From contig MU057416.1 in assembly GCA_013265495.1 (NCBI GenBank), forward strand, positions 428,545-492,544: a DNA stretch of 64,000 bases, in the 5' to 3' direction. Below, piece by piece: positions 48,060-60,283 of this stretch. Each line of letters begins with the position of its first letter. Position 1 is the stretch's first letter. This stretch comes from Vicugna vicugna. Lineage: Eukaryota. The position numbers and the translations under genes were made by a program. The notes beneath the pieces were generated by a model, which worked only from the letters and a program-made list of their open reading frames with translations, ran no database searches and was not told the DNA's origin.

Positions 48060-50570
48060 AGCGCTTCTCGTGTTTAAACTTCCTCTCCTATCAGACACCC
48101 AGACCACTTGGGGATCATAAATCATACTGATGAAGCAACAGTCTACAAGCTCTTAGTCGTGCTGCTGAGGCTGCACACAGAAAAGGCCGCTCGTCCTCAG
48201 AACTTGTCAGTCCTAGCCGAGACAAGTGCCGCCCCTTCCAGGGTGGAAGAGGTCCAGTGCGACCAGCTGCTGCCAAGTAACTGCTTCCCTTCGAGAGTGA
48301 TGTCACATCAGGGCTCTGTGTTGGTTCTGCTGCTGCCTGGCTGAACGTCAGGCAGCAACAGCTGCTGGATCATTCTTGGTGAGTGGGAACCCACGCTGCT
48401 GGGCCAGTGAATGGCCTGTCAACACATGAGCCTCGGTGCTGGCATGAAGGTGGCCGATGATGGAAGCTGGCTGCAGTCAAGTGGCTGAGCTGTTCTATTT
48501 TGATTTTTAGGGCCTCTGATCCCCAATGTACCACCTCTATCTTAAGATCCTTTAGTCGATGTTGGGATTTGCCAGACCCTACGAGTTTGTGGGTCTGTCA
48601 GAAGCCAGCTCCCAGTGGGTGTCTCTGGCCCCATGATCATTCACTGGTCTGTGCTCAGGTGCATGTCTGGAGCTGTTTCTCAAAAGGTGGCATCCTTTTG
48701 GTCCAGACCATGGAAATCTACAGTGTGACTCTCCAGTTGGGACTTGCCATGAACTTCTCGGTGGTATATTTTTATAGGCACTTTTCCCTAAAATAAGGTC
48801 CACCAGGTCCTGTGGCTCCAGTCGCAGGGTCAGTTGCACTGCAGACAGGGCCTGTTATGGAATCACGTACTGCTCTAAGCCCTGCTCAGAAGTTTCAATG
48901 CATTCTGAGTTGCATGGATTGAGCAGCACTCCCAAGTGTGGAATTTGCTTCTTTCTTAGTAGTTGGATGGGAGGCACTAAGTGTAATGATCTTTTTACCT
49001 TTAGAGAGAGCATCTTGACAGCTTAAGACCCCTGCACCCCTAAGACCTACGCTGATGTGGAATCCTCCTCCATCTCTGCAGGTTTTGTCTCCACCTTCTG
49101 AATATCATGTGTCTTAGAAATTCTTCTAATGTATGTGCTCCTCCACGTGCAACTGGTCAGATTATCACGGTGCCATTGATAAAATGGGCTAATGTATTCT
49201 GAAGAATATCAAGATGGTTCGGACTTTTGGGACCATACTGTGACAGTGGGCATAGCGATTTGCCCAGCCCTGGGTCAACGTATATGTATACAGCCTTCTG
49301 TCCCAGGTGACTGCAAACTATGAGGATGGAAAAGCTTGCCTTTGTCAAATCAATGACCACATATGTTATGTGCACGAGGCCTTGCTAATCTGCTCCCGCA
49401 AAGACAGTACCTACGCACAGTGTCTGTAATTGAGGCATAAACATACTCAAGTTGTGGTAGTCCACTGTCATGCTCAAAGATCCACCCAACTTTTGTAAAT
49501 TGGTAAAAAAAAAAAAAAGAGAGAGAGAGAGAGATCCTGAGAACTACCTTCCACACGTTCTTAGGTCTTGAGTAGTGGCAGCAAGTTGCCGATTCCCAGA
49601 ATGTAGCACGTTTGGGGTCTCCTGGCTTTGCGTGGGGTGGGAGGGCGGTTGCAGAGTTTCCATTAGTCCTCCTTCTTACAATGGCTGTGCCCCAAGAGCC
49701 CAAGGGAGTGATGTGGGGTTTCTTCCAACGACAAAGTCTTCCTTCTCTGATTCCCCGGGACAAGGAAACAGCGTCCCAGCGTGAGCCCAGGGGCCTCGTA
49801 GACCCAGAGTGAGTGGCACCAGCCCTGAACCCGTGCTTACAGCTCTCTCTCACCCCCACTCCAGCAGGAGGACATGAGATTACTTCCAGCCCCTGTTATT
49901 CTCCATCAACCTAGGTTCTGTGTCCACCTGTCCTTGACTTGGCTGGGTGTCCTTTCCCCACTGAACGATGGAGTGAGCAAATGGCCACAAGCCTTCCAGG
50001 GAGGAACAAGGGATTGTTTGCTACAAACTCACCACACTCATGGAGGCTGCTGCCCACCGAGGCCCTGGCCTCTCATCTAGTCGGGGGGCTCCAGCCTGAA
50101 AGCTGCCCCAAGTCCTGTAATAGACAAGAGGCTGTGAGTCTTTGCTGAGCCAGGTGCCCTGACATCACTGATCGTCCCTCCCTGAGTCTGGTGGCTTGTA
50201 CACGTTGAGCCGAACCCTGCCTCAGCTGAATGCCATACGCACGATCAGAGCACTGGGGAACAGGTGATCGACCTCTTCTGTTGAGTGGTGGCAACTTCTC
50301 AGCGCTCCAGTGTCTGAGCCCCCGTTCATCTTGTCCCCCGGGAAGTAGGGGCTTCACAGCACCCAGACCAGAGGCGCTAGTTCTGGCCACCGCGGCCTCG
50401 TCACACCCGCTGGGGGGCCTGGTCGGGCACCGCCCTCGGGAGTCTCCGCTCCTAGGTCACTGTCTAAAGGGACAGGGCTCCACTCTGCTTGGTTCTGAAC
50501 AGTTTTAGATCCTCTGCGTAGGGCACAGTGTCCCCTGCGCCCAACCATTCCATCACTCCACAGCCTGACT
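48060..50570 (-). mobile_element. Decayed ERVL internal region: gag, protease, reverse transcriptase, integrase (many stops and frameshifts)
   Basis: Minus-strand peptides compared with recalled ERVL pol: GQVDTE (49918-49933, vs GLLDTG), CRWKKPHITPLGSWGTAIV (vs SSWQNPHIGSLTGRVRAIM), YVVIDLTKASFSI (vs YAAIDLANAFFSI), LAHFING (vs LVHYIDD), QIPHLGVLL, SSWQVPTGESH, WYIGD, and TGPLPPWKGRHL (vs IGPLPSWKGQRF, integrase), all in colinear order. Confidence 0.85.
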
Positions 50571-50695
50571 CACTGAGCCGGCCATGCCTACCCCCACAGC
50601 AGGGGTAAGAACAAACAAAAGTGTGTGTGTGTGCGCGTTTCAGGTGGAGCGGAAGAGGTTGTGCAGGAAGAGCTCTCTCAAACTCCGTTCTCTCC

Positions 50696-50868
50696 TTTTT
50701 TGTTGACGTGGAGTTGATGTATAATATTACATAAGCTGCAGGTGTACAACACAGCGATTCACAATTTTTAAAGGCCATACTCCATTTATAGCTATTACAA
50801 AATATGTGCTATGTCCCCCATGCCGTACAATGCACCCTTGGAGCTTATTTTCTTCTTAATAGTGTGCG
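50696..50868 (-). mobile_element. L1 3' end fragment
   Basis: caggtgtacaacacagcgattcacaatttttaaaggccatactccatttatagctattacaaaatat. Confidence 0.85.
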
Positions 50869-51029
50869 TTTTGTTTCTTTTACACAGCGCCTTCCGACTC
50901 ACCTGCTCACTGACGCCCAGCACTGGGACACACAGAGTCTCGGTCTCTGGGCTGCCTTCGGGTTCCCCCCCAGGGATCTGACAGCACGCACTGAACCTGG
51001 CTGTCAGAATATATATCGATTTCTAAAAG

Positions 51030-51330
51030 GCACTTAATAGGTTTCTTATGATATTCTTGCAGATAAAATGAGTGAAAATTGAGTGGCTTTGTGTAACTGC
51101 CCACAAAGCTTACCAAGCTCCGCATCACTGTCACCCTAGTTAGGTTTCTTGAGACATGTACTGGGTTCTGCCGTCTTCGACATTTTAATCAATGACTTGG
51201 ATAAAAATAAAGGTACACTTATCAAAGCAGAGGCAGATAGAAAAATATTAGGACTTAAAAATACATTTAAATCATGGTACAAAATTAATAAGGTGAAATT
51301 TAGAGAAGTACGCCGTGTTAGAATTCTACT
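51030..51330 (+). mobile_element. CR1/L3 LINE reverse transcriptase relic
   Basis: Translates VLGSAVFDILINDLDKNKGTLIK...WYKINKVKF, compared with CR1 VLGPVLFNIFINDLD..GMLIKFADD..WAETNKMKF. Confidence 0.8.
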
Positions 51331-51367
51331 GTGGCTGAGAGACCACGCAGTTGAAACCGCCGGTTTT

Positions 51368-51478
51368 GGGGGTGAGGAAACTGACGCCCAGAGAGCTGAG
51401 GCGACGCGCCCACGGCCCCTCGGCCTGCTGTGCCAGACTCAGGCCTGAATCCTCGATGGTCTTCCCAGTGCCACGTGA
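51368..51478 (-). mobile_element. MIR SINE, unusually CpG-rich
   Basis: ggtgaggaaactgacgcccagagagctgaggcgacgcgcccacggcc. Confidence 0.7.
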
Positions 51479-52065
51479 CCTATGCTCTGATTTTTCTCAC
51501 TCAGTAATACCTGTAGATATCCTCAAAATCATTCTCAAAAGTTGATTTTTTAAATGTTTGAATTTTTTAAATAATTTGAAATAATTCTTACATTTTCAAG
51601 CATCTGAGGAATTTAATCATACTGCTTTCAAATATCTCTTTACTTTTTTTCATGCCGTATTTGACTTGTTAAATTTTTTTATATCTGAAGAGATTTTGCT
51701 GTTGACAAATTTACATATTCCTAATGGTAAAAAAGTATTTTCAAAACAGGTTGACATTTCAACTTCCAAAAACAGATGAGAATTTATCCCACATAGTATG
51801 TTCCTCAAAAATCTGCCACAGACATCTTCCGTGCACTCAGAATCCATCTTGCCTGAGTCCAAAACTCCTATCTGCTTGTTCTGATGAACAGTTTTGGCGT
51901 TAAAATCTTCTGGAGCCATGAGGCATCTATCAAACTGCTCTTGATCTTTTATTTGTCTCTCTCTGCCCCTCAGACACTGAGACATTCCATCACTGTGTCA
52001 CTTTCCATTTACTCACACAGGATTAGTCTGTTTTCTTCACTGTTGTTCTTGTTATGGTTTTTTAA

Positions 52066-52293
52066 ATTCTTTCTTTCTTTTTTTGATGGAGGTGTGTTCG
52101 GCTTACAGTGTCGCGTTAGTTTCTGGTGCACCACGTAGTGGTTCATCATGTATATAAACGTACATAGATTCCTTTTCGCTTTCTTTTCCATTCTGGGCCA
52201 TTGCTGGGTGTGAGTGCAGTCCCCTGTGCCGCACAGCAGGACCCTGCTGTTTATCTGCTTTACACACAGTAGTAGTGTCTGCACACGCCCAGA
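52066..52293 (-). mobile_element. L1 3' end, strongly GC-shifted
   Basis: ttacagtgtcgcgttagtttctggtgcac...gtcccctgtgccgcacagcaggaccctgctgtttatctg aligns to other L1 tails in this window. Confidence 0.85.
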
Positions 52294-54799
52294 TTTTTAA
52301 TTTGCTGCATTCTGAAGAGATTTCTGAAACTACGCTTACCAACGAAGAGCCCTTGGTCTTGCTCCAGACGCACACAAGCCCCTTGCAGTGGTACACGACG
52401 GACAAGGCAGACGTGGAAAAGCCATGGGCTTTTTGTTTGTTTGCTTGTTTGTTTGTTTTTGGATTTTTTTTTTAGCAAGAAGAAGTCTCCAAAATGTGAT
52501 CTGACTTCACCAAAAGCTCACTGTGCCTCAGACGGCACCAGCAGCCGCGAAGCGTTTGGGTGGAGAGCGGCCTTGTTGCGCTCCGTTCTGCCACCACAGA
52601 CCGCTTCTGGAACACTGACCCGGCGCTGGGCGGGGATGTGCCTTCACAACACACAGCCCTCTCATCACAGGACCATCTGCGGGGGGAGGATCTGAAAATC
52701 ACGACTGAAACCGAATAGCTGTTAAAAAAGACGAGGCGCGGCTTCACCTGGTGGAAACATGCGCTTTAGTTATGTGTGTGCTTGCTTGTTTGTTTGGTGC
52801 GAGATGTTCTGAAATAGCCACGAAGTGGGCCCATGACTTCCTTTCCATCATGTTCCATTCAGTCTGAACTCATCTAGATTTTCTGTAATGAAGGGACTCT
52901 GGTAAAGCTGAATTTTCTTTCCGATTAAAAAGGCCATTAATCCTCTTTGCTTTTATTAATCTAAAATGACTCAATGCCTTTTTTTTTTAAGAAACCACAA
53001 AGAGGTACACTTCTGTGCTCAGCGCCTGGATGTGTTACCCCCCGAGCCAAGCGATGCAAACCCCAGGAGCACTTCTGTCCCTTCGGCCGTTGGGCTACAC
53101 AGGCAGCCTGCGGTGGAAACTTCATCTGCGTGTTCCTAGTCCACCCAGCCTGAGTGTCTGCGGATTTAAGAGTTGCCCCACTGTAGCCACAGGCTTGTTT
53201 TATATCTGTGAAAGGATTTTATTTCAAAGCACAATTTATTTTATTAATACGTAATATCTTATTTCCACCTGGTGTTAGTAGGTAGCTCAAAAAGACATTG
53301 GAAATAAAGTGTGCATTTTCTCTCTCTTCTCTTGAAATGTCCTTTTTTTCCACAATGAGACTCATTTTAGAGCTATTAGAAAAATTGGGTCGAATGTATT
53401 TTATTAGTTAAACCATTCAAAGACTATATGCATTCATAGAAAGAAAGCCTTGATCAGACCTTTGCTAAGAGGGAAACTTCAAATATTGTTAAACCATCCA
53501 GAAAGCCAAGTTCTCTGATACGACTGATATTAAAATAAAAAATATAGTAACTCACACTGATTTTTGTCAGTGAAATGAGAGAAGATCGTTAAAGAGTTAA
53601 GTTTAAAAGCAAAGCAAAGTGTAAACCCTGATGGCCGCCTTGCCCTGTGGTCTAGACTTCAACAACAGCGCTCCGCGCGGGACGGCCCTGGGGCGTTACA
53701 TTTACAAGGTGGACAGTAGACCCCACAGAGCACTTAGGTATAAAAAAGTATAAATTTCTTTGTTTTTATAATTCAACCAAATCTGTTAGGAGACTCTAAT
53801 TCATTATCAGAAAACGTAACAATTGTTGACGTTGAGGAAACTTAGTAAATGTAAATGCATGTTTAACCCAGTCATCTCCAGTTTCCGACAAACCTCTTTC
53901 TTCCTTGGATGCATCTAATTTAGGGAGATTGCGTCCCAAGGTCTTGGGGTTGCTGTTGAGGGACACGTGCTGGTGTCCACGAGCTGGCTGACTCCCCTCC
54001 TCCTGGAGCCACGGAGTTGGCCTCATTGCTATTAATCCACACATCCTCTACCCACCTCCGTCTAATTTCTCTCCCCTCACCATTTCTCACCCCTCTCAGA
54101 GGCAGGGGAAATTTCTGGGGGCCCCCGCACAACACTTTGCACAGGACAGTCCAAGGAGCTGGTCAGATCCCATCTGTCCAGATTCAGCATGTGGACATTT
54201 CAGACCGCCTGTTGCTGATGTTCAGGATTATCTGGAGCTGTGTCCACATCCCCGGTCCCGCGTAGAAGTTGGTGGTCTCCTCTCTGAATTCCCTATCTCC
54301 TGGCGTCCCACCAGCCACTCCCCAGCCCTGGCCTGTGCCCTTCCAAGACATCCTCACTGGAGTCTGCCTTCCTTGCTTCCTCCTGCCATTCTTGTTCCCC
54401 AAGCTCTCAGAGATTCTTACATTTTCCTTTAATCTCTTCTCCATTTGGAGCAAAAGGGCAGTGTTTTTCCAGTTCTTTCTCTCCCAAACCTTGACTGTTT
54501 TATATAAGTCTGTGTGTACACACACACACACACAATCTTTCTTTTCCCCATAAAGCCTAGAGTTTCCCGCCAGCATGATTTTCTCGCTCAGTCGTAAACT
54601 TCTCCCCCGGGGGATGAGCGGCTCACGTCCCCACGGCTCCGAAGTGGGAGGAGCGCCCCTGGGTCACTGGGTTGCAGGTGACAGAGGGGAGGGAGCACGG
54701 ATGAGGGGCAGTGCCTGGTTTACACTTTGTAATGCTGTTAACCGCACACTCCTATAGCGCTTGTGGGCTTATTAAGGAAAACCAGGGGCCTGTGTGGAG

Positions 54800-55480
54800 A
54801 GGAAGCCGGCGGCTCTCACCAGCACGCGGCTCCCCAGGGGCAGGGCCGGGGCGGCGCGCGGCGCGGTCAGCGCTGCTGGACGTTGGCGGGACCGCGCCCC
54901 CCACCCCTCCACCCAAGCGTTCTTCGGCTCAGCCTGCGCGCCACCGCGGACCCGAAAAGAAATCAAATGAAGGCCATCTCTCCTAAAACAGGCTAAAGGT
55001 TTGACCCTTGCGAGATGCAGAGCAGGTCTGTTTTTAGACCTTGCATCTTTGAAATGGTAGGTACTTCAAGTGGGCCATTTTACGGTGGAACTCTGACAAA
55101 CGGCTAAAACGCGCGCACTGTGCTGAAGGTCGGCGGCGGACGTCCCGGGGGTCACGGTCCCGGCACCCCGGTTCACCTGGAACGGACCGCCGAGTGCGGG
55201 CTTGATGCCCTCAGTGCGCGGGGGACAGGGCTCCTGGGCCACCGTCTCCGCCTGGGCACAGCCTCTCCTCTGTCCAAATCCAAGAGCAGGCAGGGTGGGT
55301 CTAATGTTAAAAGTCTAACCTTGACTCACATTATCTAACTTCTTTGAGCCTCCGTTTCCTCGGATGTTAAATTACCAGGTATTTAAAGCGATGTACGGAC
55401 CGTGCAAAACTTAGGTACCAAGTCTGCAGACCCGCGAAGACGCATGCTGACGGCCGCTCGGGGACGCGCGTTATCATCAC
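54800..55480. promoter_or_regulatory. CpG-rich island; right part (about 55315-55480) is MIR-derived
   Basis: ggggcggcgcgcggcgcgg and ccgcgcccc GC boxes. MIR core ctttgagcctccgtttcctc at about 55342-55361. Confidence 0.55.
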
Positions 55481-56399
55481 CTCGCATGTAGAAAGGCTGA
55501 TTTTGAACAAAGCTGCTTATGCTATTTGCATGCTAGTTCTGAACTGCATGTCAACTTAAGCAGAAAAGAGTTTCCCCCTGTTTTAAAATACTAATTTTGC
55601 AACAAATGTATCAGCTTCTTAAGGCTGCTTTCTGGAACCCCAAAAGGAACTCTGCTCTCAGTGTATAAGCAAATTCAGATGCTTTTAGTCCATCTCATCT
55701 AATCTAATAGCTATATCAAATAATTTAGAAGTAAAAAAAAAGTAAGCCCCAGAACAATATATTTTTATACATCTTACAGGTGCAATGTGTTCATTCTGAA
55801 TGGTTCTTACGCACCCTGATTTTGGCAGTATGTTGTGGTATCTGACTTCAGGAAATACTAATGACCCATAAAATTAAAGGATAAGCTTGAACCAAAGGCA
55901 GCTCCTGACTATGGAATTGCATACCAGTGAGAGATTAATAATGTCCATTGGTTATTCCTTTTCTCAGTTAGATTTCAATACTTGACATGTGCATAAAATT
56001 GTCTATTTCTGGTCTACTGTGCTAGATTGAGAATCCAGGGCAGTTTGTTTTGAAAGCTGGAAGACAGTATTTGAGGGAGGCAAAAGAAGGCTAGAATTTG
56101 GGTTCTCATTTTGGAAGACAGAATAGAAGATTCTAAGAGTTCATTCTGAGAGAATTTCAAGATTCAATTAAGAAAATAACGTGGCATGAGAAAAGAAGGG
56201 CAGGCAATGGTGATATCTAATAATTCTGGCAGCTAGAGATTTCTCAGTTTACTTTTATTTTTAAGCAAGAGACCAGCTGTGCTACAGTAGGGTGGTATAG
56301 TAGGATCCTAAATTTTTTAAAAAGATCTGTACTGTGCAAAGATTTTTCACAGGACCCAAGTGGAATAAATTGTTCAGTAATCAACAGATGTACACTCTC

Positions 56400-57300
56400 A
56401 TGATTATTCTTGCAGAAGCCTAATGGTATTTTGCATTTATAGTTAGTTACCCTTGATGGCTGAAAAAATTCCATTTTTTGAGACCCTCTATTACCTTTCT
56501 CCCCCAATTATCTGGATTATATAAACTGTAACATTAGTGTTTATTCACGATTTAAAATCAACATTTCATTTGAGATCTTAACTCACTTATTTCTTCTCTG
56601 TTCTTTTTCTCTCTGGCTTTCTTTCTAAAACATAAAGATTAAATGACATTTAATCGTCCCAAATGGAATAATCAAGACAGCCTGTCACTCTCTATAATAT
56701 GTGAAGGCAACAGTCGACAGTGAGGCCGAATTTCTTTTTGCACTGTTTGGAAAGAGTGCTATAAAATCTTCTTTAGACCTCAAAATATAATTTTTTTTAA
56801 ATTAGAGCTTATCTTAACCATCTCATTCCCCAATTTTACCTTTTAATTGCCTATTTATAATGTCCAGATCACTCAGGGCAACAATAGTGACAAACAGAGT
56901 CAGTTTTAAAAGAAAGAAATCACTTACAGTCCATCTTAAAATATTTGCCTCAAGACAAGGCAAAAGTACAAGAGGACTGGTTTTAAATAATAACACTGGC
57001 TGCTTCATTAGAGAAATAAATTAAATTCTCCTTGGATTTCCCACGGGCTGCCATTTACCATTACGCACTTTTGATAATGAGTTTGACCAGGCATTTTTCT
57101 CTTTAATTCAAACTGCTCTCCCTAGAGAAACAGCCCATCGGGAAGTCATCTTCTCAGTGCAAATTTCCTATGCCAGGACCACAGACAATCCTGGCATCCG
57201 AAACCACTCAGATCATCTAGTCAGATAATGGCTATTTACGTAAAGTTCAGAGGGTTGTTAAATTAATTCCAGGTGTCTGACTAATCTGCATTCACATTAG
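56400..57300. promoter_or_regulatory. Repeat-free, TAAT-rich candidate enhancer block with several dyad motifs
   Basis: GATTAAATG-A-CATTTAATC at 56637-56655, ATGCCAGGA-N10-TCCTGGCAT at 57170-57197, TTTACGTAAA at 57235-57244. Confidence 0.35.
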
Positions 57301-57604
57301 CAAGAGGCACATCATATATATACACGTACACACATGCACACAAAAGTTATGTACATTAATCTACCGTCTGTCGATTTTATCAGGGGATTAGGACAAGACC
57401 AGGGGGACTAAAATCCTGTGACTGTAACATGTAACTCTGAAGCCGATCTTCTGAGATGAGCCAAATCATATAGCTCTCCTATTTTTACTGTTATCAATAT
57501 TGCTTTGAATTAAGGAGAGGAGGAAAACCTTGCACATGGACATATTCATTCCATTAAAATCGTGTCTGTTATGAACCTAAGGTAAAGTCTGAGAAGTATT
57601 AGGG

Positions 57605-57743
57605 TTTTTTTAATTAATTATTTTGGGGGTGGTAATTAGGTTTTATTAACTTATTTATTATTTTAATGGCAGCACTGAGGACTGAACCCGGGGCCTCGTG
57701 CATGCTGAGCACGCGCTCCACCACTGACCTGTACCCTCCTCCC
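57605..57743 (-). mobile_element. Camelid tRNA-derived SINE (Vic-1-like)
   Basis: Minus strand: gggaggagggtacaggtcagtggtggagcgcgtgctcagcatgcacgaggccccgggttcagtcctcagtgc, then an aataaa..cctaattacc tail. Confidence 0.88.
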
Positions 57744-58539
57744 GAAAGACATGTTAAAAAGGGAGGTCTTGGTTTTCATTCCCCCTCGGCAGAGAGGCTC
57801 TGAGCTGTTGGGAACACGGCGCAGTGCCTTCCCCGAGGCTTCCTGGAGAAGTGTGTGGGTGTCTGCACTCCTCCTTGGATAGCACGTGGGTTGTTTGGGG
57901 AGATTTGGCCCAAGGCGTAAACTCCTCCTGTGTGGAAAACACTGCTCCGTGTTTGTGGATTCTCCTGCTCCACTCCTAGTGCTCCTAGAGGTGGGATGGG
58001 CCCGCGTTCCGGAACAGCTCCTTCGTTTGCCTGGAGTCACCACTGTCCTAGGGAGAATCATACTGACAATAATGCCTCATGGTCACAAACAGAGGCTTTC
58101 GGTGTGACACACTCAGGTGCCCTCCCAGGAGCTGCTTTCAAGATGCAGGCACTCACCTGGGCTGGGGTAATTTAGGTTCCTGAAGGACCGAGGTAGCATC
58201 AGCAAAAGGGGAGAAAGAAATGTGCAGTCTCCTAGGGCATCGGACTTTCCCCCTATTGTCCATTCAACAAATCAGAAACAGATCTGAGGACACGTAAGAT
58301 ATTTGAAAGCCCCACTCCGCGCGCGGGCGCAGCGCGGTGACGCATACAGAGGGTGGAGCCATAAAAGCTGCTCTGCTGACGACATGCTGCGAACACGCCA
58401 TCACTCTTCATCTTTCAGGGCTGTGATCACTGAGGTAACGAGCTCCCTTCCCAGGTGCACAGCCCTGAACCCGTTCCACACACAACTGACCACGGCCGAA
58501 AGCCACCCTCCGAGCTGCCTAGCAGAACCCCTCCTCCAC

Positions 58540-59130
58540 GCCCCACCCCCATCCTAAGGTGTTTACAGTCCAGCCAGGCAGGTGAGGCAGCCACACACAA
58601 CTGCGATTCATGCCTCAAAGGTTTGTAAGGGACTTTTACGGCAGAGCAGGTGAGGAGATGGTTACACACTGACAGAAGCATCTGAGAGTTTTATGCGGAA
58701 GATTTCAGTTAAATTCCAACCAAGGAATATCCTGGGTTTCAGAAGAAACAGACCGGTTGAGCGTCTTTCAGACAGATGAATGAACATGAGGACGAGACCG
58801 GGGAGAAGAAACCTCTGGCATGTTTGGTGATCAGGCTAATTCTTCAAATAAATGGGCCATGAAATGAAGTCATTTGAAAAAATGTTGGAGAGCTGATTGG
58901 GATCACATTCTTGGATATCAGATTACATTCAAAACATTTTTTATTATTATTATTAGTAAAGGAAGCCCATTGCAAATCTTAAAAAAAAATTTGTGACTTT
59001 ATCAGAGCTGCATTAGAAAGATTAATATGATGAAATTAGTAGAAGGGAACAAGAAAAAAAAACTAGAAATGGGTAGAGAAGCTTAAAATCCAAACTTAGG
59101 TGACAACATTGAGGAAGGGGAGAAGGAACC
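58540..59130 (-). mobile_element. Old L2 fragment
   Basis: Purine-rich: tggcatgtttggtga...agtaaaggaagcccattgcaaatcttaa...gtgactttatcagagctgcattagaaagattaat. Confidence 0.5.
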
Positions 59131-60283
59131 AAACTGTGAAAAAAAAACCCCCACAATTTGTGGTTACTTAAATGTGGTTATCGAATTAACAATTTGCAGT
59201 AGTTGCTTTCTGTAACAGTAGAGCCCAAAGCCTGTGGGAGTCTTCCAAGGGGCATCAAGGGGTCTGAACTCCATTCTGCTCTGAGGCGTTCAGAGTATTA
59301 ACACAGAGAAGTCTACAAGAAGCCCCGCTTAACTTTATCTCAGCAAGAAATTCCCAAACGTCTCAGAGAGCAGAAACGGGGGCGCGTGTGCAGTCGTGTG
59401 CAGAGCGCCTGTCCACGTTTGAAGCTCTCCGCGGCTTCCAGCTGTGCAGACAGCCGCCCGCAGTTCTGCCTTTCGTTGTGACGTAAGCACAACGGCTTAT
59501 ATTTTTATTCTGCGCTGATCATTGCTTATCAGTGTCTGCATTTAGGGGAGGGGGGTCATTGTGAGCCATACAGATTTTTGAATCACCAAATATTTTGAAG
59601 TCAACGTTTTCTAAGTTGGCTTTCATTCTTACGAAACTTATCTACTTGAAAATATCTTGGAAACTCATGATAGAATGAAAATCATAAGAAAAGACTATAA
59701 AGCAAGCAAAAATTAAACAGCAAAGCTCCTGTAATTGCTGGGTTGGTGAAAAATAATTCAAATAAACTCAGCATTTTTAAAATAAGCAGGTCACATTATT
59801 ATGAATAATAGGGATTGTATCACAATATTCTTTATAAAGAACACAGACATAATTCTACTAACTTGCTTTTGCAGTCAACATGGGGTAATTTTATTTTTAG
59901 ATTGAAGTTTTAGGGCATGTCAAAAGATGCCTTGACATGTTCACGTTTTATATTGCTAGAATAAAGACATAATTCTCTCATTTCTTCTAACAATTTAAAT
60001 CTACGTCTTCATGTTAATCTTAGGTCTATAGCTGCTACTACAAAAAACACGTTCATTCATAAAGTGTATGATTTAGAATCTACTTAGATTAAAATCCTAC
60101 AAAAGTTAGCAAATAGATAAATAGTAAAACATTCTCGTTTTGATTTTTAGAAAAATGTAAAGAGTTCCATTTTCCAAAAGAGCAAAACAAAGAACCATCT
60201 AGTGACTTTGCAACAGAAAAGAGTTTGTTTTCATTTTGGGTATTATCTCCTGATGTTTGACAGTTGCGTTTTTTTTTTCCCAG

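Noticed and set aside
51650..51985. 111-aa minus-strand ORF in AT-rich unique sequence
   Set aside because: No recognisable homology and no supporting neighbouring exons. tBLASTn or PhyloCSF would settle it.
57670..57743. tRNA-like sequence with A and B boxes (also 61290-61364)
   Set aside because: Followed by the SINE-specific AT-rich tail, and one copy has a TSD. These are SINEs, not tRNA genes.
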